Assembly: GCA_965116875.1 (NCBI GenBank)
Contig: OZ220733.1
Coordinates: 1,952,001 to 2,016,000 of the forward strand
Direction of reading: 5' to 3'
DNA: 64,000 nt
Source of the DNA: Candidatus Latescibacterota bacterium
GTDB taxonomy: Bacteria; Latescibacterota; UBA2968; GCA-2709665
Shown: positions 18,991 through 28,828 of the stretch, one piece after another
How the letters are laid out: the number at the start of each line of letters is the position of its first letter
How positions within the stretch are numbered: the first letter of the stretch is position 1
Translations under genes and position numbers: made by a program
The notes under the pieces: generated by a model
What the model saw: only the letters and a program-made list of their open reading frames with translations
Databases searched by the model: none
Told to the model about the DNA's origin: nothing

Positions 18991-20306
18991 TCGAAGCCAT
19001 GCCGCTTATCCTGTTCGGGGTCCTTTTTGTCCTGCTCCTTTTCGGATTTCCCGTTGCATTCACCCTGGGCGGTGTCTCATTCATCCTGGGTTATCTCACC
19101 TTCGGCATGGATTTCTTCAATCTGCTGCCCCTGCGCATCTGGGGCGTGATGACCAACTACGTGCTCATCGCCGTCCCACTGTTCGTGTATATGGGGGTCA
19201 TGCTCGAAAAATCCGGACTCGCCGAGGAACTGCTGGAAACGATGGCGCTGCTCTTCGGCAAGCTCCGTGGCGGCCTTGCCGTTTCTGTCATCGTCGTCGG
19301 CGCCCTTCTGGGCGCTTCCACCGGCATCGTCGGGGCCACCGTTGTCACAATGGGTCTCCTGAGCCTGCCCACCATGCTCAGGCGAGGCTATCGCACCGAA
19401 CTTGCCACCGGCATCATATCCGCGTCCGGCACGCTGGGTCAGATTATCCCGCCCAGCATCGTCCTGGTATTGCTGGGAAGTATTCTGAATATATCCATAG
19501 GCGACATGTTCATTGCCGCGGTGATTCCGGGCCTCTGTCTGGTTATTCTTTACTTGACCTGGATCGTGATCGTCGCTCTGACAAGGCCGGAATCCGCTCC
19601 CGCGATGCCCGGATCGGATCTGGAACGGTTTGTGGGCGCCGTCAGGATCAAACAGACCATCCACGCCTTCCTCCTGCCCGGCCTGCTGATAACGGCCGTC
19701 CTGGGTTCCATCTTTGCCGGAATCGCCTCTCCGACCGAAGCCGCGGCCGTGGGCGCCCTCGGCGCCACCGTCCTTACGTTGTGCAAGCGCAAACTGTCGC
19801 TGGATACCCTCAAGTCGGTTATGGCGGAGACCACGCATCTCACCTGCATGGTATTCATCATCCTGGTGGGCGCCACCGCCTTCGGCCTTGTCTTCAGGGG
19901 ATTGCACGGCGACGCGTACCTCACGCGGCTGATCGTGGAAGCCGACCCGGGGCCGCACGTCTTCCTCGCGCTTGTTATGGTGGTCATATTCGTAGCCGGG
20001 TTCTTCATAGACTTCATTGAGATTACGTTTATTATCGTCCCCGTTGTCGCGCCGATATTCGCACACCTGGGTGTGGACCTTCTCTGGGTGGGCGTCCTCA
20101 TCGCGATGAACCTGCAGACGTCATTTCTGACGCCGCCGTTCGGATTCTCCCTGTTCTACCTGAAAGGGGTCGCGCCGCCCGAAGTGCAGACCGGCCACAT
20201 CTATCGCGGCATCATACCCTTTATCGTCGTTCAGCTTATCGGCCTGACCCTCGTTATCGTTTTTCCCGAAGCCGCCACGTGGCTGCCCCGGTACCTGGCG
20301 TCCTGA
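18987..20306 (+). CDS. dctM: TRAP transporter large permease
   Basis: GFPVAFTLG, AVPLFVYMG, ASTGIVGATV, GTLGQIIPPS, SPTEAAAVGA, QTSFLTPPFG. Overlaps dctQ by ATGA. Confidence 0.93.
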   Translation: MIEAMPLILFGVLFVLLLFGFPVAFTLGGVSFILGYLTFGMDFFNLLPLRIWGVMTNYVLIAVPLFVYMGVMLEKSGLAEELLETMALLFGKLRGGLAVSVIVVGALLGASTGIVGATVVTMGLLSLPTMLRRGYRTELATGIISASGTLGQIIPPSIVLVLLGSILNISIGDMFIAAVIPGLCLVILYLTWIVIVALTRPESAPAMPGSDLERFVGAVRIKQTIHAFLLPGLLITAVLGSIFAGIASPTEAAAVGALGATVLTLCKRKLSLDTLKSVMAETTHLTCMVFIILVGATAFGLVFRGLHGDAYLTRLIVEADPGPHVFLALVMVVIFVAGFFIDFIEITFIIVPVVAPIFAHLGVDLLWVGVLIAMNLQTSFLTPPFGFSLFYLKGVAPPEVQTGHIYRGIIPFIVVQLIGLTLVIVFPEAATWLPRYLAS

Positions 20307-20323
20307 TGGATCCGAAACGGAAA

Positions 20324-20348
20324 AGGGACGCGGTATTTACGCGTCCCT
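20324..20348. terminator. Hairpin between convergent dctM and dctP
   Basis: AGGGACGCG-GTATTTA-CGCGTCCCT, preceded by an A-run (a U-tail on the minus strand). Confidence 0.55.
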
Positions 20349-20381
20349 GTACGCCATCACATCTGTCGTTAACGACCGTTG

Positions 20382-21503
20382 CTATCCGCCGATAGCGGAA
20401 TAGTACAGCTTCTCCGACAGCGCCGCCCACGGATTGATTTTCTTTCGGAACGCGTCGAAGGAAGCGTAGACCTTTTTGCTCATCGGATCGCCTTCAGCCA
20501 CCTCGTTTTCGACTTCCACGGAGAATCCGCGCAGCGCCTTGAGGACCTCGTCCGAAAACCTGCGCAACTCGACGTCGTGTTCGTTCGTGAGTTTCTCCAG
20601 GTAGACGCTGTTCTTGGCCTCGAATTCCGAGAGCATCCAACCATTGGATCGGGCGGCGGCCGTCTCCACAACCCGCTGCAGGTCCAATGGCAGTTGTCCG
20701 AACGCGGTCCTGTTGACGATCAGTTCCAGCGCGGTGCCGGGCTCGTGCCATCCCGGATAGTAGTAGTATTTCGCGGCCCTGAAAAATCCCATCAAATAGT
20801 CATGATAGGGTCCGATCCATTCGGTTGCATCGATGACACCGCGTTCCAGGTTGGTGTAGATTTCACCTCCGGCAGAAAGCACAGCGGATCCGCCGGCTTT
20901 GGCGATGACCTTTCCGCCGAGCCCCGGGATCCGCATCTTCAGGCCCTGAAAATCGGCGATGCCGTTCATTTCACGATTATACCAGCCGCCCATCTGGACG
21001 CCCGTATTGCCCACCGGCATCGCGACCAGATTGAACGGAGCATACAGTTCCTGCCAGAGCGCCAGCCCGCCGCCGCTGTAAATCCAAGCGTTGAGCTGCT
21101 GCCCGTTCATGCCGAATGGAACCGCCGCGAAAAACTGAGTTGCCGGCGCTTTCCCTGCCCAGTAATACGCGGCGCCGTGGCACATCTCAACGGTCCCCTG
21201 GCTGACGGCGTCGAAACCTTCGAGCGGTGGAATCAGCTCGCCGCCGCCGTAAACCGTAATTTTCAACTGTCCGCCGGACATCTCGTCGATCCATTTGGCC
21301 AGCATGTCCGCGCCTTCGCCAAGAATGGGGAAATGCGGCGGCCAGGTGGTTACCATTTTCCATTCGAATTTCTTCCTGGTATGTACCGCCGGCGCGTCCG
21401 GTTTTTCGTCTGAGGCGGGGCTGCAGCCGGTCAGGGCCGCAACGCCGCCGGCAACTCCGACGGAAGCTTTTTTTAAGAAATCCCGTCGTTCGAACTTCTC
21501 CAT
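20382..21503 (-). CDS. dctP: TRAP substrate-binding protein (TakP-like), Tat-exported lipoprotein
   Basis: Tat motif ERRDFLKK and lipobox LTGC; WKMVTTWP, YYWAGK, GNTGVQMGGW, LKMRIPGLGG, EWIGPYHD, YYPGWHEPG. Confidence 0.92.
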   Translation of the reverse strand: MEKFERRDFLKKASVGVAGGVAALTGCSPASDEKPDAPAVHTRKKFEWKMVTTWPPHFPILGEGADMLAKWIDEMSGGQLKITVYGGGELIPPLEGFDAVSQGTVEMCHGAAYYWAGKAPATQFFAAVPFGMNGQQLNAWIYSGGGLALWQELYAPFNLVAMPVGNTGVQMGGWYNREMNGIADFQGLKMRIPGLGGKVIAKAGGSAVLSAGGEIYTNLERGVIDATEWIGPYHDYLMGFFRAAKYYYYPGWHEPGTALELIVNRTAFGQLPLDLQRVVETAAARSNGWMLSEFEAKNSVYLEKLTNEHDVELRRFSDEVLKALRGFSVEVENEVAEGDPMSKKVYASFDAFRKKINPWAALSEKLYYSAIGG

Positions 21504-21646
21504 TTAACGCCTCCACGCAAGAGTCCGTCACAACAAAGGCAGGCTGTCAATCAACGAGACAAGGTAGGTCGTACAGGTCTCTATCGCAAGAATTATGAGA
21601 ACCCCCGTACTCCTCCACTACGGCGAGCGGGGGTAGGGAGAATACA

Positions 21647-24382
21647 ATGAGCGAGGCAGACAAAAAGCTTTACCTGCTGGACGGAATGGCGCTGGTCTAC
21701 CGGGCCCATTTTTCAATGATCCGCAACCCGCGCATGTCCTCCACCGGCCTGAATACCTCAACGGTATTCGTGCTTACCAACACCCTTCTGGATATTCTTT
21801 CCAACGCGGACCCCTCGCACATCGGCGTTGTCTTCGACACGCCCGAGCCAACCCACCGGCACCGGATGTTTCCCGAATACAAGGCTCAGCGCGAGGCTAT
21901 GCCCGAGGACCTCAGCGTGGCGCTTCCTTACGTCTTTCGCCTGTGCGAAGCGTTCAACCTGCCGGTTGTCAGGGTCCCCGGATGGGAGGCGGACGATGTG
22001 ATCGGGACCCTTGCCAAACAGGCGGAGAAAGCCGGCTTTACCACCTATATGGTTACGCCTGACAAGGACTACGGTCAGCTGGTTTCCGACCGCACCTTTG
22101 TCTGCAAACCCGGCCGCACCGGCGACGTTGAAGTTCAGGGCGTTCCGGAAATCCTGGAAAAGTGGCAGATCGAACGCGTGGACCAGGTGATCGATATCCT
22201 GGGCCTGATGGGCGACAGTTCGGACAACGTGCCCGGTGTGCCCGGAGTCGGTGAAAAGACGGCGCAGAAACTGATCGGAAAGTATGACAGCGTCGAAAAC
22301 CTGCTCGACCACGTGGATGAACTCAAGGGAAAGCAGAAGGAACGCATTGAAGAAAACCGCGAACAGGCGCTGCTCTCCAAGAAGCTGGTCACCATCGAGC
22401 GCGACGTGGTGCTGGAAGTGAGGCCGGAGGACCTGGAACGTGCGGAATGGGACAAGGGGAAGTTACAGGCGTTGTTCGTGGAGCTGGAGTTCAATACGCT
22501 CGGTCAGCGTCTGTTCGGCGAATCGTTCAAGGCAGGTCCCACGGCCGCCACTGACGAGGTTGGAGGCGACGTACGGACCATCGAAGACGTGGAACACGAC
22601 TATAGACTGGTTGACACCGCGGAGTCGAGAAAGGAACTCATCTCCGCGTTGACAGAAAAAAAAGCGTTCTGTTTCGACATCGAAACCACCGGTCTGAATC
22701 CCAAGACATGCGAACTGATCGGCCTGGCCTTTTCGTACGAGCCGCACACCGGATATTACGTGCCTCTGCCCGCGGTTCCGGACGAAGCCCTCGCAATCCT
22801 GGAGGCGTTCCGGCCCGTTCTGGAGAATCCCGACATCGAAAAAATCGGCCACCACCTGAAATTCGATCTCAGCGTGTTGCGCTGGAAGGGGTTTCGAGTC
22901 AACGGACCGCTGTTCGACACCATGCTTGCCGCCTATCTGGCAACACCGGACCTTCGCCGCACTATGGACTATCTCTCCGAAGCCCTTCTGGGATACCGCC
23001 CCATTCCGATATCCGATCTCATCGGCGAGAAGGGCGAGGACCAGTTGAGTCTCACCGACGTCCCCCTGGACAGGGTGACCACGTACGCGGCGGAAGATGC
23101 TGACGTCACCGTTCAACTGAGCGAAATCCTGAGGGCCAGGCTCGACGAGATGGGACAGGTGCGGGTGTTCCGCGACGTGGAATGTCCGCTCATCCCCGCC
23201 CTGGTCGAAATGGAATTCGAAGGCATCCGGTGTGAAGCCGGCGTGCTTCGGGACCTGTCAGAAGGGCTCGCCGGCGAAATCGGGCGCGCCAGGGAGAGTA
23301 TCTTCCAACTGGCCGGAGAGAACTTCGATCTTAACTCTCCCAGGCAATTGGGTGACATTCTCTTCGATAAATTGAAGCTGGATCCGAATGCCCGCCGCAC
23401 GGCCAGGACCAAACAGTACCAGACCACGGAGCAGGTCCTGAGGCGGCTGGCGTATAAGCATGAAATCGTGGAACAGGTGATGTTCTACAGGATGTGCACC
23501 AAATTGAAATCGACCTACGTGGACCAGCTTCCCGGGTCGATCTTCAAACCCACGGGCCGTATCCATACAAACTATGAAGCGGCGGTGGCCGCCACGGGAC
23601 GGCTGCAGTCCCACGGACCCAACATGCAGAATATCCCCATTCGCACCGAAATGGGCAGGGAAGTGCGTAAGGCCTTCGTACCGCGCGACGAAGACCACGT
23701 GCTGCTCGCGGCGGACTACTCGCAGATCGAACTCCGGGTCGCCGCGGAAATCAGCGGAGACGAAGCCCTTACGGAAGTCTTCCGGCAGGGCGGAGATATT
23801 CACACGGCCACCGCCGAGAGAATCTACGGTATCGAAGGCGCAACCGAGGAGATGCGGCGTCACGCGAAAACCGTCAATTTTGGCATCATCTACGGTATCT
23901 CGGCCTTCGGTCTGGCGGACCGCCTGGACATTACCCGAACGCAGGCCGCGGAACTTATCGACCACTACTTCGACCAGTTTCCCGGCATCCGGACCTACAT
24001 GGACGAAACCATCGAGTTCGCCCGGCAAAACGGTTACGTCGAGACGGTCACCGGACGCCGCCGGTACCTGCGCGACATCAATTCCCGCAACGCGACCACT
24101 CGAAGGGGCGAAGAACGAAACGCCATCAACTCGCGCATCCAGGGCACGGCCGCGGATATGATCAAACTCGCGATGAGCCATATCCATCGCGAAGTCCTGG
24201 AACGCGGCCTCAAATCGCGAATGCTCCTGCAGGTGCACGACGAACTGGTATTCGATATGCACAAAGACGAAGCGGAGACTCTGCCAGGCATCGTGGAACA
24301 CGGGATGAAGTCCGCCATTCCAATGCAGGTCCCCATCGTGGTGGAGATGGGCACCGGTTCGAACTGGCTGGACGCGCATTGA
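21647..24382 (+). CDS. polA: DNA polymerase I
   Basis: LYLLDGMALVYRAHF, GDSSDNVPGVPGVGEKTA, FDIETTGL (intact Exo I), DYSQIELR, KTVNFGIIYG, LLQVHDELVF. Confidence 0.98.
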   Translation: MSEADKKLYLLDGMALVYRAHFSMIRNPRMSSTGLNTSTVFVLTNTLLDILSNADPSHIGVVFDTPEPTHRHRMFPEYKAQREAMPEDLSVALPYVFRLCEAFNLPVVRVPGWEADDVIGTLAKQAEKAGFTTYMVTPDKDYGQLVSDRTFVCKPGRTGDVEVQGVPEILEKWQIERVDQVIDILGLMGDSSDNVPGVPGVGEKTAQKLIGKYDSVENLLDHVDELKGKQKERIEENREQALLSKKLVTIERDVVLEVRPEDLERAEWDKGKLQALFVELEFNTLGQRLFGESFKAGPTAATDEVGGDVRTIEDVEHDYRLVDTAESRKELISALTEKKAFCFDIETTGLNPKTCELIGLAFSYEPHTGYYVPLPAVPDEALAILEAFRPVLENPDIEKIGHHLKFDLSVLRWKGFRVNGPLFDTMLAAYLATPDLRRTMDYLSEALLGYRPIPISDLIGEKGEDQLSLTDVPLDRVTTYAAEDADVTVQLSEILRARLDEMGQVRVFRDVECPLIPALVEMEFEGIRCEAGVLRDLSEGLAGEIGRARESIFQLAGENFDLNSPRQLGDILFDKLKLDPNARRTARTKQYQTTEQVLRRLAYKHEIVEQVMFYRMCTKLKSTYVDQLPGSIFKPTGRIHTNYEAAVAATGRLQSHGPNMQNIPIRTEMGREVRKAFVPRDEDHVLLAADYSQIELRVAAEISGDEALTEVFRQGGDIHTATAERIYGIEGATEEMRRHAKTVNFGIIYGISAFGLADRLDITRTQAAELIDHYFDQFPGIRTYMDETIEFARQNGYVETVTGRRRYLRDINSRNATTRRGEERNAINSRIQGTAADMIKLAMSHIHREVLERGLKSRMLLQVHDELVFDMHKDEAETLPGIVEHGMKSAIPMQVPIVVEMGTGSNWLDAH

Positions 24383-24588
24383 TATCCGTTGCCTGCGACA
24401 AAATGCCGCCGCCTCATGCCATCGAAATGATGCACGCGGCGCCAGGTTTTGCGGGTTGTCTGTTGACAGCAACCGATTTTGGATTAGATTTTTTGTGCGA
24501 TACACGCGAAAATGAAACAGCCTCGCCACCGTCTGCCACGCGATTTGTATCGATTACGGCTTAATCCAAACCGAGATACGGGGACTCT

Positions 24589-25818
24589 ATGAAATCGATC
24601 GCATACATTGTCCTGTTGGGGAGTCTACCTTGCTTGTCGGCGGTCTTTGCAGAAGTCAGCTCCGCCAATGCCCAGGAAACGGTCGTGACGGCCGGCGACG
24701 TCAAGGACCCCGCAACCCTGCGGGCGTTCGTGGAATACGCGAAAACGCAACTGGATGACGTCGCCGCCGCCGCCGAACTGGCCGTCATATGGAGCAGTAT
24801 GCGTCTCGAGGGGGACTGGAAGTCAGACAATACATACCTGATTGTTCTCAACAGCCGGGGGTCCGTGCTGTTCCATGCCGATCAGCCCGATGTAGAGGGG
24901 AAAACCCTGCGCTGGCTCGTCGACGCCAGGAGAGACAGCATTGGAAAGAATTTCCTCACGGAAGCGGCTGCCGGGGGCGGTTTTGTGGGTTACTATTGGG
25001 ACGATCCCGACGTTGAGGGAGACGACAGCGGCCATCCCAAGGTGGCCTATGCCACGCAGTTCTTCTCGGAGGTAACCGATGAAAACTATGTTCTGGTCGG
25101 CGGTTTTTACCAGATCCTGCCGGATCTGCCCGCTGGCGATCCCGTTTCCGTACCCCGCCCGGACATCACGGCCGGGGAAGTGGTGGACCGGGAGACCCTG
25201 AAGGCGTTTGTGGAAAGCGCCCTCAAGGCGTTTTCCATTGCGCTTGAGCGTATCGGGCTGGAGAAACTTACGACCATTCAGGAAGTCTTCAGAGTCGAAG
25301 GCGGGCACTGGAAACACGGCTCGATCTACGCATTCGTCTTTACAACCGGTGGGTTCCTGGTCTTTCACGGGGCGGATCCCGAGCGAGAGGGGAGAGTCAT
25401 CAACTTCGACCTTGAAGATGCCAACGGCGTAAAGATCGTACAGGAAATCATGAAAGCGGCGCGGGAAGGCGGTGGCTACGTCGAGTATGTCTGGGACGAT
25501 CCCGCGGTGGATGAGGACGGAGACGGCGAGTTGCGGGGCGATTCGGTCGGCTCATTCAAGGTGAGTTACGCGTTGCTCCATACCCATCTCGGCGAAGAAT
25601 ACATCATCGGCGCCGGCATCTATCGGCGCGGGCCGGACTTCGACGAAGACGGTTCAGTGGGCTTCAGCGACTTTCTTCTGTTTGCAAGCCACTTCGGACT
25701 GAACAGGAATGACGCGGGTTTCGACGGTCTTTACGATCTGAACAGCGATGGCGAGATCGCGTTTGCTGATTTCGTGCTCTTTTCCATGGATTTCGGCAAA
25801 CGTGTGCATTCGAATTGA
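24589..25818 (+). CDS. Secreted protein with two single-Cache domains and a C-terminal dockerin-like double EF-hand
   Basis: Signal peptide ending ANA-Q. Two repeats TAG(D/E)V.D..TL.AFVE...Y.....G..(L/V)FH...GGG(F/Y)V.Y.WDDP...KV.YA...G.Y. C-terminal DFDEDGSVGFSDFLLFASHFG...DLNSDGEIAFADFVLF..DFG. Confidence 0.8.
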   Translation: MKSIAYIVLLGSLPCLSAVFAEVSSANAQETVVTAGDVKDPATLRAFVEYAKTQLDDVAAAAELAVIWSSMRLEGDWKSDNTYLIVLNSRGSVLFHADQPDVEGKTLRWLVDARRDSIGKNFLTEAAAGGGFVGYYWDDPDVEGDDSGHPKVAYATQFFSEVTDENYVLVGGFYQILPDLPAGDPVSVPRPDITAGEVVDRETLKAFVESALKAFSIALERIGLEKLTTIQEVFRVEGGHWKHGSIYAFVFTTGGFLVFHGADPEREGRVINFDLEDANGVKIVQEIMKAAREGGGYVEYVWDDPAVDEDGDGELRGDSVGSFKVSYALLHTHLGEEYIIGAGIYRRGPDFDEDGSVGFSDFLLFASHFGLNRNDAGFDGLYDLNSDGEIAFADFVLFSMDFGKRVHSN

Positions 25819-25991
25819 CAGCACCCGGCACACGGGTTGTTTTTGTGGTTTAAATGGCTCGAACGGGAGGCGGTAAGGCGCGAAATAAAGGGAGGATTTT
25901 ATCGATTTGAGATGAGGCAACGGGCGAGTCGTCCGTTCCTTCTCTGTCGCAGCTATGCGAAAAGATAATGCGACGCGCGAGGAACCCACCC

Positions 25992-26032
25992 ACACAAAGA
26001 GGGCCGTGTGATTCACACGGCCCTCTTTGTGT
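25992..26032. terminator. Perfect 19-bp hairpin between convergent genes
   Basis: ACACAAAGAGGGCCGTGTG-ATT-CACACGGCCCTCTTTGTGT. Confidence 0.75.
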
Positions 26033-26072
26033 ATTGAGAAAGGATCTCGGTTATTCGCTGAAAACGTCGTTC

Positions 26073-28430
26073 TCAGTTGACAGTGAACGTGTTCTCGCTG
26101 GCGTACGTCCCCCTTTCGCCGTCGATGGTAATCTCGGCGACCATCCGGTATTCCCCGGCGCCGGATGTCGAGTAAGGGCAAAGGCCCACGCGCAGCGTTC
26201 GTTCAATATCCTCCCATGAGTCGCCCTCTTTGCGCTGCCATTTCGACGTGTGTGTCGTGTACGCCGAATCCCCGATGGATATGCCAATCAGCGTGATGCA
26301 TTGCTCTGTTGTCGACAGTGCCAGGAATTGCACCCCTCCGTTCGATACACGAAGCCCGGCCAGCGGTTCGATTTCCGCGGGCGTGGTTGCGCCTTCCTCG
26401 CAATTCTCTCCGGTGGTGCGGTCGATGTCAGCCAGCCACGACTGAAAGCCCTCGTCGAGCGGCGCGCACAGCCCGGTGGCGTGAAACTGAAGGTCTTCCA
26501 TCCCGCTCAGATTGGTAAGGCTGAACGGCAGCGCGCCATTCAGGTCCGCATTATCGTTGACCCACAACTGCGCGAGGTCGGACAGGTTTCCCATGGATTC
26601 AGGCAGCTCGCCGCTCAACATATTTTCGGACAGATCCAGCCAAACCAGGGTGGTCAATTTTCCCAATTCCGAGGGTATCGGTCCGGTCAACTTGTTGGCG
26701 GCGATCCAGGCCACCTCCAGGGAGGACATATCGGCCAGCGCACCCGGTAACTCGCCGGTCAGCTCATTCTCATCGAGTTCCAACCACCTGAGTTCGTCCA
26801 GGGCGCCGAATTCCGACGGAATCTCGCCGGTCAGCTTATTCTCGTTAAGCCTGAGCACCTCAAGGACGGCAATATCGGCCAACCCTGGAGGAATGGCTCC
26901 GGAGAGTTCATTTTCGTTCAGGTAGAGCCGCTGGAGGTGGTTCAGGTTGCCAAACGCCCCGGGAATCTCACCGGACAGTTTATTCGTGCTGAGCCATATG
27001 CTATTCACGTTGACCATATCGCCCAGTTCGGCGGGTATGGCGCCGTTCAGTTCGTTTTCCGAGAAATCCAGAAATAACAGATTCGTCAGCTTGCCCAATT
27101 CCGCGGGTATTTCACCGCTCAACTCGTTCTTCCAGATCCACAGGATCTTGAGATTGGAAAGGTTTCCCAGTTCCGCGGGTACCGAACCGCTAAGTTCGTT
27201 TTCGTCGAAATTCAGCCAACGCAGTTCAGAAAGGTCCCCGAGTTGTGCGGGTATGGTTCCGCTCAACTGGTTGGCATTGAGAGCTAACCATCTGAGATTG
27301 GAAAGGTTTCCCAGTTCGGCGGGAATCGTACCACTCAACGCATTTCGGTGCAGAAAGAGGACTTCATTACGGGTGAGATTTCCCAATTCTGGAGGAATGG
27401 GGCCGGAAAGGCCATTCCTCTGAAGGTAAAGGCGTCTGAGATGGGAGAGGCCGCCCAGTTCAGTCGGGATTTCGCCCGTGAGGTTGTTTTCGCTCAGATT
27501 GACGACCGAGACGCGACCGTCGAAGGCGATGACGCCATGCCACGTGGAAACGTGTTTGTCGGTGAGCCAGTTCGTCCGTTCCGTCCAGTTGTCACCGCCT
27601 GTCGACCGGTACAGCGCCACCAGGGCGTCGCGCTCGGCGGGGTCGACGAGCGGTGTGGGCGGCGGGAGTTCCTTTCCGAACTGGGCGGAGAATTTGAGAA
27701 AATCTCCGAGTTCGACCGATCCGTCGTCATCCAGGTCGAAACGTCCATCAAAGGAATCGTCCTCCTGCTGAAACCCGAAATGACTCGCGAACAGCAGAAA
27801 GTCGGATAACCCGACCGTACCGTCCCCGTCGAAGTCGGCACGATGCACGTCAAGGCCGGACGACGGGGCCGCTGTACTGTCCTGGAGGGAAATATCGACG
27901 TCCAGCGACGCGGTTTCCTTCCGGTATCGGCCCAGGGAGATTTCACCGTGGTCCAACCGGATCGTGGTGCTCGAAAAAGACTCAGACGTGCGAAAACGTG
28001 CGGTCCCCACGAGGCCGGTTCTGGGCGTGGTGCGGCTGGCAAACGGCCAGACGGTAATCTCCACGGACGTCGGATGGGTTTCTTCCTTCGTAACCGCTAC
28101 GGCATTGGTCATGATTCCGCCAACGTCGAACCCGTCGAAGAGGACCTGGCGCGCGTCGAACTGGAAGCGCATCGAGACGGCGGTTGCCCCCTGTATGTCG
28201 TCGCCGAACACCTGTATGGAGACGATGTCTTCGGCGGAGACTTCAAGTGACGTCGCGGCCTGATCGCCATCCGCGCCATCCAGATCGGGAGAAAGCGAAA
28301 ACGGCCCCTGGGAAGAAACCGGCTGCGGGCAAATCCACACGACCAGGGCAATGATTACAATGAACAACCCCAGCCCCACACCGAGATTTCGGGCGGACCA
28401 ACGAGAGGAATGAATTTTCCATTCGGACAT
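26073..28430 (-). CDS. Secreted or anchored protein: cohesin-like domain, dockerin-like EF-hands, plant-type LRR solenoid, C-terminal beta domain
   Basis: N-terminal hydrophobic segment; beta-sandwich (SIQVFG...MRFQFDARQV...GLVGTARFRT); DFDGDGTVGLSDFLLFASHFG...DLDDDGSVELGDFLKF..QFG; LRR cap ERDALVALYRSTGGDNW...WHGV; about 14 24-aa LxLxxNxLSGxIPxELGxL repeats. Confidence 0.85.
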   Translation of the reverse strand: MSEWKIHSSRWSARNLGVGLGLFIVIIALVVWICPQPVSSQGPFSLSPDLDGADGDQAATSLEVSAEDIVSIQVFGDDIQGATAVSMRFQFDARQVLFDGFDVGGIMTNAVAVTKEETHPTSVEITVWPFASRTTPRTGLVGTARFRTSESFSSTTIRLDHGEISLGRYRKETASLDVDISLQDSTAAPSSGLDVHRADFDGDGTVGLSDFLLFASHFGFQQEDDSFDGRFDLDDDGSVELGDFLKFSAQFGKELPPPTPLVDPAERDALVALYRSTGGDNWTERTNWLTDKHVSTWHGVIAFDGRVSVVNLSENNLTGEIPTELGGLSHLRRLYLQRNGLSGPIPPELGNLTRNEVLFLHRNALSGTIPAELGNLSNLRWLALNANQLSGTIPAQLGDLSELRWLNFDENELSGSVPAELGNLSNLKILWIWKNELSGEIPAELGKLTNLLFLDFSENELNGAIPAELGDMVNVNSIWLSTNKLSGEIPGAFGNLNHLQRLYLNENELSGAIPPGLADIAVLEVLRLNENKLTGEIPSEFGALDELRWLELDENELTGELPGALADMSSLEVAWIAANKLTGPIPSELGKLTTLVWLDLSENMLSGELPESMGNLSDLAQLWVNDNADLNGALPFSLTNLSGMEDLQFHATGLCAPLDEGFQSWLADIDRTTGENCEEGATTPAEIEPLAGLRVSNGGVQFLALSTTEQCITLIGISIGDSAYTTHTSKWQRKEGDSWEDIERTLRVGLCPYSTSGAGEYRMVAEITIDGERGTYASENTFTVN

Positions 28431-28828
28431 GGATTGGATTCTCCGGATGCAATGCAGTCGTTCTGTTATCTCACATTTAACATAAGGGATTCAAAAGATT
28501 TCAACAAGAGCATTGCAGGTTGAACGCTGATCACAGATTCGAATTCGGCATGGCCCTTCTTTCCCCGAGTCGGTGAATCGACCCAACGCCTGACAGGTAC
28601 AATTCGATCACCTGACATAGCCGCCGGACCTGGAGATATCAATGGAAGAGTACCTCGTCGATTTACACAGCGAATTCGTTGACGACGGAATCGTTGCGAG
28701 ATCGACTTCCACGATATAAATCCTCCTCCCGGTACTGGTACACTTCCGGCAATCCGCAACGGGACGCCCTCGCGACAGAATTCTCACCGAAAGCGGCACT
28801 TTCCACCCGTCCGCAGCGTCCGACCCAG

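Noticed and set aside
26500-27500. 72-bp periodicity that could suggest a CRISPR array or DGR-type repeat
   Set aside because: It is the 24-aa LRR coding repeat; there are no identical repeats with unique spacers and no cas or reverse transcriptase gene.
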